Shown: positions 29,885 to 38,843, numbered from the stretch's first letter. The stretch: 64,000 bases of DNA from Alphaproteobacteria bacterium (GCA_965221125.1 CBDCRW010000006.1:448001-512000); one strand, 5' to 3'. Translations and numbers: made by a program. The notes: generated from the sequence alone by a model not told the origin.

Positions 29885-30850
29885 CTACTGATCGGCGCCG
29901 GCCTGCGGGACCACAGGCGTGGGCGTCGCGTCGCTCATGAACGGACGCTCGGGCCGGGGCGCGATGCGACGCTCGGGCTCGCCGCCCTCCGATACCGTCA
30001 CGCGCACGTCGAGCCGGGATTCTCCGCCGCCGAACACCGCGCCCCGCGTCGGCGCCGCATCGGCGTAGTCGCGGCCCACGGCGACGCGGACGTGGCGGTG
30101 GTCGGCGAGGGTGTCGTTGGTGGGATCGATGCCGAGCCAGCCGAGGTCGGGCAGGAGGAACTCGGCCCAGGCGTGGCTCGCGCCTTCGGGCGTCTGCTCG
30201 CCGGGCGCGCCTTCGCGGTGGATGTAGCCCGAGACGTAGCGGCTGGGCACGCCCCATCCGCGCGCAATGGCGATCATCACGTGGGTGTAGTCCTGGCAGA
30301 CGCCGCTGCCGGTCTCCAGGATGTGCTCGATCGGCGAGTCCACAGCGGTGCTGCCAGGCTCGTAGCTGAAGGCCGTGTGCAGGCGGTGGCTCAACTCCAG
30401 CAGCGAGGAGAGGGGATCGTCGCCGCGCCGGAGGCCGTTGGATTCGGTGAAGGCGGCGAGCGCAGGGCTCGGGCAGGCGAAGCGGCTGGGCGCCAGGAAC
30501 TCAAAGTGATCGAGCGGCGCGGCGATCTCCGCCAGCGCGTCCCAGGCGTCCTTCTCCATGCGATCCGGCAGATCGGGCGCGGGCGCGGTCTCCACCTCCG
30601 CCTGCGAGCGCACGGCGGTGTGCTCGTGCGCGCGGTGGACGTTGAACAGGTGGCAGGCGTTACCGAAGGCGTCCCTGAACGCGACGGGAAAAGCGGCGGG
30701 ATCGATTTCGAGCGCGAACGAGGCGACCCGCTGCCCGCCGTCCTCGCGCGGCTGCAGGCGCAGCACCATCAGGCTGCCCAGCGCCGGCTCCTGGTAGCGG
30801 AAATCCGACAGGTGCTCGACCAGGAAGCGCCGCGGCGTGTCTCCGCTCAC
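29885..30850 (-). CDS. Transglutaminase-like protein with bacterial N-terminal domain
   Basis: Catalytic triad in GVCQDYTH (Cys), ASHAWAE (His) and GIDPTN (Asp), plus GRDYAD. GTG start overlaps the alpha-E stop. Confidence 0.92.
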   Translation of the reverse strand: MSGDTPRRFLVEHLSDFRYQEPALGSLMVLRLQPREDGGQRVASFALEIDPAAFPVAFRDAFGNACHLFNVHRAHEHTAVRSQAEVETAPAPDLPDRMEKDAWDALAEIAAPLDHFEFLAPSRFACPSPALAAFTESNGLRRGDDPLSSLLELSHRLHTAFSYEPGSTAVDSPIEHILETGSGVCQDYTHVMIAIARGWGVPSRYVSGYIHREGAPGEQTPEGASHAWAEFLLPDLGWLGIDPTNDTLADHRHVRVAVGRDYADAAPTRGAVFGGGESRLDVRVTVSEGGEPERRIAPRPERPFMSDATPTPVVPQAGADQ

Positions 30851-31821
30851 GGCGCGTCCTCGATCTCGTAGTTGAAGTAGGCGCCCGCGATGTCCTCGTG
30901 CAGATGGCGGCACGAGGCGCCGATGGCCTGCAGCGCCGCGCGGGTGGCGTCGTCGTCGTCCGGGTCGCGGTCCGGCCAGTCGTGGTCGATGCCAGCGGCC
31001 ATCCGGCCCGCGCGGCGTTCCGCTTCGGTGCGCAGCGGCGGGCCGGCGGCGACGGCGCCGAGAGCATCGACGATGCGCCCCAGCGCATGGCGGATCGAAT
31101 GCGACAGCGAAGGGTCGGCGACCAGGAAGTCGACCATGCTGGTGGGGCGAAGGCCCTGCGAGTAGAGGCGGCGGTAGGCGAAGTGCGCCTCGCAGATCCA
31201 GAGCAGGGAGAGCCAGTCCGCGTCGCTGTCGGGGGCGGCGGTCGGAAACAGCGCGATGTGCGCGTCGATCAGCGCGGATACGGACTGCACGCGCTCGACG
31301 AAGCGGCCGAGCTGGAGGAAGTGCCAGCCGTCGTCGCGGTAGATTGTGCCTTCGGCCACGCCCGAGACGGTGCGCAGCGCGCCCTCGGTGCGGTCGTAGA
31401 AGCTGCCCGGCTGCCGGTTCCAGATGGTCTCCATCTCGACGTCGCGCAGGTCGAAGTAGGCGAGGTTGAGGGAGGACCACATCTTGTCGGGGATGATGTT
31501 GCGGACCTGCCGGGCGCTCTCGCGCGCCGCGGCGACGCAGTTGCGGATGGCGTCGGGGTTGGTCGGCTCGAAGGTCAGGTCGTCGGCCAGCGTGTAGGCG
31601 TCGGCCAGCATGAAGTCTTCGTCCTCGGGCGGCGGATCCAGGTGGCCGCCCAGCGGGGTGCGGCCCACCGCGGCAAAGAGGCGCCGCCAGCCCTGGTCGA
31701 TCTGCTCGACCGGGCGGTCCTCGATGATGACGAACTGCTCCGCCAGCAGGTGGCAGCCGTGCTGGGCGCGTTCGAGATAGCGGGCCATCCAGTAGAGGCC
31801 TTCGGCGTTGCGCGACAGCAT
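30847..31821 (-). CDS. Alpha-E domain protein (DUF403)
   Basis: MLSRNAEGLYWMARYLERA, ARESARQVR and GWHFLQLGRFVER (two ER motifs). Confidence 0.93.
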   Translation of the reverse strand: MLSRNAEGLYWMARYLERAQHGCHLLAEQFVIIEDRPVEQIDQGWRRLFAAVGRTPLGGHLDPPPEDEDFMLADAYTLADDLTFEPTNPDAIRNCVAAARESARQVRNIIPDKMWSSLNLAYFDLRDVEMETIWNRQPGSFYDRTEGALRTVSGVAEGTIYRDDGWHFLQLGRFVERVQSVSALIDAHIALFPTAAPDSDADWLSLLWICEAHFAYRRLYSQGLRPTSMVDFLVADPSLSHSIRHALGRIVDALGAVAAGPPLRTEAERRAGRMAAGIDHDWPDRDPDDDDATRAALQAIGASCRHLHEDIAGAYFNYEIEDAP

Positions 31822-31825
31822 GGCC

Positions 31826-33325
31826 CTAGTCGGAGAGCACCCAGAGGTCCTTGCCGCCGCCGCCCTGGCTCGAGTTGACCACGAGCGAGCCCTCGACGAG
31901 GGCGACGCGGCAGAAGGCGCCGGGGACGAGGCGGGTCTCGTTCCCGCGCAGCAGGAAGGGGCGGAGGTCGACGTGGCGGGGTGCCGCGCCCGTGTCCGTC
32001 AGGCACGGCGAGACGGAGAGGTCGAGCACGGGCTGGGAGACGAAGTTGGCCGGGTTCTTCCGCACCTCCCCGGCGTAGGCGGCGCGCTCGGCCGGCGAGG
32101 CGTGGGGGCCCACGAGCATGCCGTAGCCGCCGGATTCGCCCACCATCTTCACGACCAGCGTCTCCAGGTTGTCGAGCGTGTATTCCAGCCCTTGCGGATC
32201 GCGGCAGAGATGGGTGTCCACGTTGGCGAGCAGCGGCTCCTCGCCCAGGTAGTAGCGGATCATGTCGGGCACGTAGGCGTAGACGCTTTTGTCGTCGGCG
32301 ACGCCGGTGCCGGGCGCGTTGGCGATGGTCACGTTGCCGAGCCGGTAGGCATAGAAGAGGCCGGGGGTGCCGAGCTGGGAATCGGGGCGGAAGGCCAGGG
32401 AGTCGATGAAGTCGTCGTCGATGCGGCGGTAGATCACGTCCACCTTCTGCAGACCCGCGGTCGTGCGCATGTAGACGAAGCCGTTGTGGACCACGAGGTC
32501 GCTGCCCTGCACCAGCTCCACGCCCATCTCCTGGGCCAGGAACATGTGCTCGTAGAAGGCGGAGTTGTAGACGCCGGGGGTGAGCAGGACGATGCAGGGG
32601 TCCGAGACGCCGGGCGGCGCGAGCTCGGCCAGCGTCTGGCGCAGGAGCCGCCCGTAGTGCTCGATGCCGCACACCCGGTGGCGGCGGAAGAGGTTGCGCA
32701 GGCTGGTCTTCAGCGCGCGCCGGTTGGCCAGCATGTAGGAGACGCCGGAGGGCACGCGCAGGTTGTCCTCCAGCACCACGAAGCCCGCGTTGGTGCGCAC
32801 GATGTCCGTGCCGCAGAGTGCCACGTAGACGCCGTGGGGCACCTCGAGGCCCCGCATCTCGACCCGGTACTGCGGGCAGCCCCGCACCAGGTCCACCGGC
32901 ACGACCCCGTCGTCCATGATCCGCCCCGGCCCGTAGACGTCCGCCAGGAAGCGGTTGAGGGCTTCCAGGCGCTGCTTCAGGCCGCGCTCGACCAGGTCCC
33001 AGTCGGCCGCGTCCACGAGCCTCGGCAGGAAGTCGATGGGGATGATCCGCTCCTGCGCGCCATCCTCGCCGTAGACCGCGAACGTGATGCCCTGGTGCAG
33101 GAAGGAGCGCTCGGCGTACTCCTGCATGGCGGCGATCTCGGCCGGGCGCATCCCGTCGAGCGCCTCGCAGAGCGCCCGGCAGTGCGCGCGCGGCACGCCA
33201 GCGGCCTCGAACATCTCGTCGTAGAAGGCCGGGCGGGTCTCGTAGGCGGCGAACAGGCGCTGCCCGGCCCCAACCGGGCCGTCGCCGTCGGCGTCCGCCT
33301 CTCTACCCAGCGATTCGCGGCTCAT
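31826..33325 (-). CDS. Circularly permuted type 2 ATP-grasp protein (DUF404/407)
   Basis: GITFAVY, VLEDNLRVPSGVSY, VIYRRIDD, GVADDK, VDLRPF and VVNSSQGGGGKDLWV motifs. Confidence 0.95.
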   Translation of the reverse strand: MSRESLGREADADGDGPVGAGQRLFAAYETRPAFYDEMFEAAGVPRAHCRALCEALDGMRPAEIAAMQEYAERSFLHQGITFAVYGEDGAQERIIPIDFLPRLVDAADWDLVERGLKQRLEALNRFLADVYGPGRIMDDGVVPVDLVRGCPQYRVEMRGLEVPHGVYVALCGTDIVRTNAGFVVLEDNLRVPSGVSYMLANRRALKTSLRNLFRRHRVCGIEHYGRLLRQTLAELAPPGVSDPCIVLLTPGVYNSAFYEHMFLAQEMGVELVQGSDLVVHNGFVYMRTTAGLQKVDVIYRRIDDDFIDSLAFRPDSQLGTPGLFYAYRLGNVTIANAPGTGVADDKSVYAYVPDMIRYYLGEEPLLANVDTHLCRDPQGLEYTLDNLETLVVKMVGESGGYGMLVGPHASPAERAAYAGEVRKNPANFVSQPVLDLSVSPCLTDTGAAPRHVDLRPFLLRGNETRLVPGAFCRVALVEGSLVVNSSQGGGGKDLWVLSD

Positions 33326-33460
33326 GCGTCACGCGCGCCATCCATCAGACCCGGCACGATTGTCGTTTGGAACCGGGGCGATTCGCAAGCGCAGTCGCGC
33401 CGGCAGGCGCGCGGAATCACAGATCGCGCCGGAAGGCGCGCGGCGGGCGACTTGGGGGGA

Positions 33461-34060
33461 TTAGTGCACCGTCGGCGGTGCGCTGTGCGCCGTGGTCCCC
33501 GCGTGGGGATGGGCTGCGTCGGCTGCGAGGTGGAGGCGCTGGGGCAGGCAGTAGCCGGCAGCCCGAAGCGCCGCGGCAAAGGCGGCGCCGTCGGCTGCGG
33601 CGATCCGCATCGCCGCCGGCGGCATGAACCAGGAGAGGAGCGCGGCCGTGTGCCGGCAGTCTCCCTCCTGGCAGCCTGCGAGGAAGGACAGGAACAGCCG
33701 CTCGTCATTGCTGACGAAGCGGCAGCACATGGGGTTGAGCCGCAGGCTGCGCGCGCCCGCGCTGGCGAAGACGTCGAGGGTGTGCTCCAGGGCCTCCGCC
33801 GCCTCGAGCCCGGCCGTCGGTCCGCCGCTGGGGCAAAGCGCCACGCTTAGTTCGCCGGCGACCCGCGCCAGAACGTCCCGTCGGCAGGCGGCGGCCTCGC
33901 TCTCGGTCGCGGCCGCGCCGTGATCGGCGGTGGCCAGCCGGCGCGCCGACCAGAGCACGAGCTGTTCGGCGAAGGTAAGGCGGGGGATGGTCCTCCCCGG
34001 CCCGGTCGGGCGGCGCGGCGCGCGTGTCTCGACCTCCTGCTGGATCACGCCGTCGGCCAT
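33461..34060 (-). CDS. Conserved hypothetical protein with a Cys-Cys motif, probably iron-regulated
   Basis: ATG 34060 behind GGAGGA. Sequence LTFAEQLVLWSAR..LRLNPMCCRFVSNDERLFL..C-terminal PTVH. Fur-like boxes upstream. Confidence 0.7.
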   Translation of the reverse strand: MADGVIQQEVETRAPRRPTGPGRTIPRLTFAEQLVLWSARRLATADHGAAATESEAAACRRDVLARVAGELSVALCPSGGPTAGLEAAEALEHTLDVFASAGARSLRLNPMCCRFVSNDERLFLSFLAGCQEGDCRHTAALLSWFMPPAAMRIAAADGAAFAAALRAAGYCLPQRLHLAADAAHPHAGTTAHSAPPTVH

Positions 34061-34104
34061 CTCGTCCTCCGTCCCCGTCCGTGCCCGCGTTCGACCGCGT
34101 CGGT

Positions 34105-34123
34105 AATGCGAATGCGTCGCAAT
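34105..34123. promoter_or_regulatory. Fur box (alphaproteobacterial TGCGA-N5-TCGCA type)
   Basis: AATGCGAATGCGTCGCAAT with a perfect TGCGA/TCGCA inverted repeat at 34107-34121, in an AT-rich intergenic region. Confidence 0.7.
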
Positions 34124-34150
34124 ATTGAAATGTAAACGGGGAAAGACCGA

Positions 34151-34169
34151 AATGCAACTCATTCTTAGT
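34151..34169. promoter_or_regulatory. Second, degenerate Fur-like box
   Basis: AATGCAACTCATTCTTAGT resembles the 19-bp Fur palindrome. Confidence 0.4.
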
Positions 34170-34319
34170 TCTAACTCGCGGGCGCGATGAAAGGGTCGAA
34201 GCCTCCGCCTGCGTCGCCTGCCGGCACCCCGCGGGCCACAAACGTGATGAAAAACTCCCGCGCGTCCGGTATCCATCCGGGAGCGACATGCCCGCGAGCC
34301 ACGCGCAAGGATCCGCACG

Positions 34320-35357
34320 ATGAAATTCCAATTGGCCATCAACATGGAGCGCTTGGCGCCCGACCTCGACATGCGCGATGTTGAGCGCCACACGCTGGAG
34401 ATGGTGCAGATGGCCGACGAGGGCGGATTCGCCATCGCCTGGGCCGCCGAGCACCACGCGCTGGAGATGACGATTGCGCCCAATCCGTTCCAGATCCTGA
34501 CGTGGTGGGCGGCGCACACGTCCCGCATCCGCCTCGGCTCGGCGGTGGTGGTGGCGGCGTACTGGCATCCCATCAAGGCGGCGGGCGAGGCCGCGCTGCT
34601 CGATCTCTACAGCGGCGGGCGGCTCGAGTTCGGCATCGGCTCCGGCGCCTATCAGCGCGAGTTCGACCGCATGCACCCCGGCCTGCAGCGGAACGACGCC
34701 TTCCACCACATGTTCGAGATGCTGCCGGCGGTGAAGGCGCTCTGGCAGGGCGACTACGCGCACGAGGGCGAATTCTGGTCCTTCCCGGCCGCGACCTCGG
34801 TGCCGAAGCCGTTGCAGAAGCCGCATCCGCCGATCTGGATCGCCGCGCGCTCGCCGGACACGTATGACTTCGCGGTGAAGCACGAGTGCAATATCCTCTC
34901 GTGGCCCCTGACGCGCCCGATGTCCGAGGTCGAGGCCTACAGGGAGCGGATGGAGAGCGCGCTCGCCGCCAACCCCGGCAAGCGGCGGCCGGTCTTCGCC
35001 ACCATGCGCCACACGGTGGTGTACGACCGCAAGGACGAGTGGGAGGTGCCGGTCAAGGCCGCGATACGCCAGTTCGGCCAGTTCGAGAACCTGTTCAAGA
35101 ACCTGGGCGACGTGGCCAACGGTTTTCCGCGGACGATCCCCCTCTCGGAGCTGGAGAACCGGGGCGAGTACGACCCGCAGATGCTCCACACCAACCTGAT
35201 GTTCGGCACGCCGGACGCGGTGGTCGAGAAGCTCCGGGCCTACGCGGCGCTCGGCGTCGACCAGTTCACCTACTACGCGAGCCTCGGCCTGGGCATGAAG
35301 GAGCAGAAGCGCTCGCTCCGGCTGTTCATCGACGAGGTGATGCCGGCCTTCGCGTGA
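34320..35357 (+). CDS. LLM-class (luciferase-like) flavin-dependent oxidoreductase
   Basis: WAAEHH, IRLGSAV, SGGRLEFGIGSG, PKPLQKPHPPIWIA and GTPD.V motifs. Confidence 0.92.
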   Translation: MKFQLAINMERLAPDLDMRDVERHTLEMVQMADEGGFAIAWAAEHHALEMTIAPNPFQILTWWAAHTSRIRLGSAVVVAAYWHPIKAAGEAALLDLYSGGRLEFGIGSGAYQREFDRMHPGLQRNDAFHHMFEMLPAVKALWQGDYAHEGEFWSFPAATSVPKPLQKPHPPIWIAARSPDTYDFAVKHECNILSWPLTRPMSEVEAYRERMESALAANPGKRRPVFATMRHTVVYDRKDEWEVPVKAAIRQFGQFENLFKNLGDVANGFPRTIPLSELENRGEYDPQMLHTNLMFGTPDAVVEKLRAYAALGVDQFTYYASLGLGMKEQKRSLRLFIDEVMPAFA

Positions 35358-35394
35358 GGGCGCCTGCGAGCCCGGCGTCGGACGGCGGAGGCCA

Positions 35395-36192
35395 ATGAGC
35401 GCGGGTCGCACGGGCGGGACCGCCTGGGAGCAGCACGGCGAGGGGCCGCCGGTCGTGCTCGTGCACGGCTTCGGGCTCAACCGCGCCATGTGGCAGTGGC
35501 AGCTGCCGGCGCTCACGCCGCATTTCCGGGTGCTGACCTACGACCTGCTGGGCCACGGCGAGAGCGCGCCGCCTTCTGGCACGCCCGACCTCGCCATGTT
35601 TTCCGCACAGCTGCTCGGGCTCATGGACCGCTGCGGCATCGCGCGCGCGGCGGTCGTCGGGTTCTCGCTCGGCGGCATGATCGCGCGGCGCTTCGCGCTG
35701 GACCATCCGGATCGGCTCGTCGCGCTCGCGATCCTGAATTCGCCGCACGACCGCAGCCCGGCAGAGCGCGCGGCGGTGCGCGCGCGCGTGCGCCAGACCG
35801 AGGCGGAGGGGCCGTCGGCCAACCTGGAGCCCGCGCTCGAACGCTGGTTCACGCCGGCCTTCCGCGCCGAGGCGCCGGAGACCATCGCCCTCGTCCGCGA
35901 CTGGATCATGCGCAACGATCCGCATCTCTACCCGCGGATCTATCGGGTGCTCGCCGAGGGCGATGCCGAGATCGCGGGCGGTCTGGAGCGGATCGCGTGC
36001 CCTGCGCTGGTCATGACCGGCGCGGACGACCCCGGCAACACGCCCGCCATGGCGCGGGCCATGGCCGGGCTGATCCCCGGCGCCCGTCTCGCGATCCTGC
36101 CGGGGCTGCGGCACATGGCGCTCGCCGAGGCGCCGGAGGCGGTCAACGCGCCGCTCGCGGCCTTCCTGCGCGACGCGCTGGGAGCGACCTAA
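35395..36192 (+). CDS. Alpha/beta hydrolase (3-oxoadipate enol-lactonase-like)
   Basis: VLVHGFG, YDLLGHGES, GFSLGG nucleophile elbow, G.DD and C-terminal His. Confidence 0.9.
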   Translation: MSAGRTGGTAWEQHGEGPPVVLVHGFGLNRAMWQWQLPALTPHFRVLTYDLLGHGESAPPSGTPDLAMFSAQLLGLMDRCGIARAAVVGFSLGGMIARRFALDHPDRLVALAILNSPHDRSPAERAAVRARVRQTEAEGPSANLEPALERWFTPAFRAEAPETIALVRDWIMRNDPHLYPRIYRVLAEGDAEIAGGLERIACPALVMTGADDPGNTPAMARAMAGLIPGARLAILPGLRHMALAEAPEAVNAPLAAFLRDALGAT

Positions 36193-37061
36193 CCGAACGC
36201 GGCGAGGAGGCCGACGCCGCCCACCACCAGGCCGACGCCGCCCCATTGCAGCGGCGAGACCGGCTCGCGCAGGAAGATGCGTGCCAGCACCACCGTCACC
36301 ACGGTGTATCCCACACTAGCCACGATGGCGAACTCGCCGTGGGGGAGGCCGAGGCCGGTGTAGAGCAGCAGATGGCCCGTCGTGTCCAGGACACCGAAGG
36401 CCGCGAGGATCGGCCAGGCCCGCACGGGGAAGCGCACGCGCTCCCGCCGGCCGAGAACGATCGCCGTGAGCGCCACGAAGCCGATGAGCCGGACCACCAG
36501 CACGGTCTGCCAGGGGCCGTAGATGTCGATGGCCCGGTCGGCGGCGGTCAGCGAGGCGGCAAAAGTGGCCGCCGCTACCAGGGAGTAGAGGATCGTGCGC
36601 CGGATCACGGCGGGCGCGTATTCCGGCGCTGCGCCGTCGCCCGCCGGCATGGTGCGCGCCACCAGCCAGACCCCGGCCATGGTGGCGACCATCGCGCCCC
36701 AGTGGAGTGGATCGGGCCGCGCGCCGAGGGCGACGGAGATCGGTACCGCGATCGCCGGGTAGCAGGCCACCACGGGCGACGCGAGCGAGACCGGCCCGTG
36801 GGTCACCGCGTGGTAGAACGCGATCGAGCCGAGCACGGTGCCGGCGCCGATGCCGAAGAGCCAGTGGAGGCCGTCGGGGCGCCAGTCGAAGGGCTCGCCC
36901 GTCGCCGCCATGATCGACGCGATCAGCACGGCGCCGAGCGTCATCATCGTACACGTCGCCACCAGGACGCCCACCGAGCGGCCGGCGAAACGCGCGATGA
37001 TGTCCGAGACGCCCCAGGCCAGCGCGCAGCCCGCGCCCCAGGCGGCCGCGCTCTCTAGCAT
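36189..37061 (-). CDS. DMT/EamA family transporter
   Basis: About 10 TM helices; ALAWGVSD, GPVSLASPV and LARIFLREPV motifs. Confidence 0.88.
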   Translation of the reverse strand: MLESAAAWGAGCALAWGVSDIIARFAGRSVGVLVATCTMMTLGAVLIASIMAATGEPFDWRPDGLHWLFGIGAGTVLGSIAFYHAVTHGPVSLASPVVACYPAIAVPISVALGARPDPLHWGAMVATMAGVWLVARTMPAGDGAAPEYAPAVIRRTILYSLVAAATFAASLTAADRAIDIYGPWQTVLVVRLIGFVALTAIVLGRRERVRFPVRAWPILAAFGVLDTTGHLLLYTGLGLPHGEFAIVASVGYTVVTVVLARIFLREPVSPLQWGGVGLVVGGVGLLAAFG

Positions 37062-37378
37062 CGAGGCGCTGCCGTCACGAGGTCATGCGATCGTGCGGGG
37101 GCGGCCGGGCGCGTGCGGAGTGGCGGCCGGGTGCAGGGAGTGGGGAGGGCCCATGGCGGCGCGGATTATGGGCGGTGCGACCGGCCCCGTCGAGGTGCGG
37201 GAGAGGGCGGCCGGCGGCACCGCGCCATATTTCTGTCGCATTCGTGGGTAGTCTTGGTGTCGACAGCCGGGGTGAACGACATGCGGCCTCTTCGCGCACA
37301 ACGCTGGCTCGAAGGCCGCACGCCGCGATGGCGGAGGGCGCTCGTTGTGGGCTGCGCCTTCCGTAATGGGGCGGTTGA

Positions 37379-37384
37379 TGTCAA
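37379..37384 (-). promoter_or_regulatory. -35 box (TTGACA) of the IS circle-junction promoter
   Basis: TTGACA on the minus strand. In the excised circle it is followed at 17 nt by GAAGAT, formed across the junction. Confidence 0.7.
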
Positions 37385-37529
37385 ACACCGATCTTCACGA
37401 TCTTCCGGCCTGGCACGGTGGCTCGCACATGAAGCACCGTAGCCTGTTGCAAATCGAATCACAGGCGCGGTCAACATAGCGGATTGCCATGGCGGGAGCG
37501 GCTAACTGACTCGTCTGCGCGGCAAAGAA

Positions 37530-37720
37530 GGAAGCGGGATTCCCGGATGTGTCCGTCGCCAGGCTCTCGCTTCCGTCCGTGGTCAGCGCAGCGGCTGCCA
37601 ACGTCATGCCTGGTCCAAACGATTCCCGAGTGCCGATCTTGGTCGCGTGCTCGAACGCGATGAAACGGTTCGGCCGACAAGACGCAGCGCGTGCATCAAC
37701 GGGAACCGCGTCCCGGCGAG
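37530..37720 (-). ncRNA. Predicted bridge/seekRNA of the IS1111 element (ends approximate)
   Basis: Hairpin-rich non-coding region with target-matching segments at 37678-37688 and 37638-37644 and donor-matching segments at 37606-37610 and 37570-37576. Confidence 0.72.
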
Positions 37721-37799
37721 GGGACACCGGTGGATCGCCACCTTCAGGCGCGGCTCTTTCCTCCTCTCGCTTCCGATTGCCGGTGGGATGCAGCCGCGC

Positions 37800-38843
37800 C
37801 TATGCCGTCTGGAGCGCCATCGCCTCCTCGCGCGTGAAGCGGAACTCGGTGCCGTCCCGCCACATCCGGTGAAGTACCACGCCGATGCGCCGGGCCAGGG
37901 CGACGGTCGCACGCTTCTTGCCACGGAGCTTCGCCAGACGAAGCGCCCAGGCCTTCAGCCAGTTCGGCCCGGCGGTGCCGTTCAGCATCACCGTGGCGGC
38001 CTGATAGAGCGCGGTACGCAGACCTGCGTCGCCGCACTTCGTGATGCCGCCGACAATATCTCGCTCGCCGGATTGGTCCCGGCCCGGCGTCAGTCCCACC
38101 CAGGGGCCGACATCCTTCGATCTCCGGAACCGCCCGGGATCGTCAATCGCCGATTTGAAGGTCAGGGCCACGACCGCGCCTACGCCGGGCATGGTCATCA
38201 GCAGCCGGCATACCGGATCCTCCCTGGCCAGATCGCGGACCAGCTTCTCCAGGCCGGCCAGCTCGCGGCGCAGAGCCACCCGCGCGCGCAGGATCGGTTC
38301 GGCGGCGGCCTCCAGCATCGCGTTGCCTGCGATCAACTCCCGGACGCGGGCCTCCCAGCGGCCCTTCGAGACCTGGCCCAGCTTCAGGCCAAAGTTGCGC
38401 AACACGCCGCGCAGCGAGAGTTCCATATCGGTGAGCGCGCCCTTCACGGACCTGCGCGAGGTCAGCAGTGCGCGCATCTCCTGCGACGATACCGACTTGC
38501 AGTGCACCGGCCTGAACCAGCCCATCTGCAAGAGCCGTGCGATGCCCTCGGCATCCCGGCGATCCGTCTTGATCGGCATCGCCTTCAGCGCTGCCTTCAC
38601 CCGCCGGGTCTCCATAAGGACGGCCTCGAAGCCGGCGTCGGTCAGCCCCTTGTGCAACCAGTGGGACAGGGGACCGGCCTCAAGACCGATCACGGCGATC
38701 TCGTGCTCCAGCTTGCCCATGAACGCAACCAACGCGTCAGGCGTGCTGGCGACCTGAGCCTCGGTCACGATCTTGCCCTTGTCGCCGATCACGCAGATTG
38801 TCGTGCTTGCCAGCGATACATCCAGCCCGATATAGACAGCCAT
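37800..38843 (-). CDS. IS110 family DEDD transposase/recombinase
   Basis: YIGLDVS (D), GLEAG (E), KTDRRDA (D,D), PGVG and GLTP...QSG (catalytic Ser) motifs; frame intact. Confidence 0.97.
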   Translation of the reverse strand: MAVYIGLDVSLASTTICVIGDKGKIVTEAQVASTPDALVAFMGKLEHEIAVIGLEAGPLSHWLHKGLTDAGFEAVLMETRRVKAALKAMPIKTDRRDAEGIARLLQMGWFRPVHCKSVSSQEMRALLTSRRSVKGALTDMELSLRGVLRNFGLKLGQVSKGRWEARVRELIAGNAMLEAAAEPILRARVALRRELAGLEKLVRDLAREDPVCRLLMTMPGVGAVVALTFKSAIDDPGRFRRSKDVGPWVGLTPGRDQSGERDIVGGITKCGDAGLRTALYQAATVMLNGTAGPNWLKAWALRLAKLRGKKRATVALARRIGVVLHRMWRDGTEFRFTREEAMALQTA

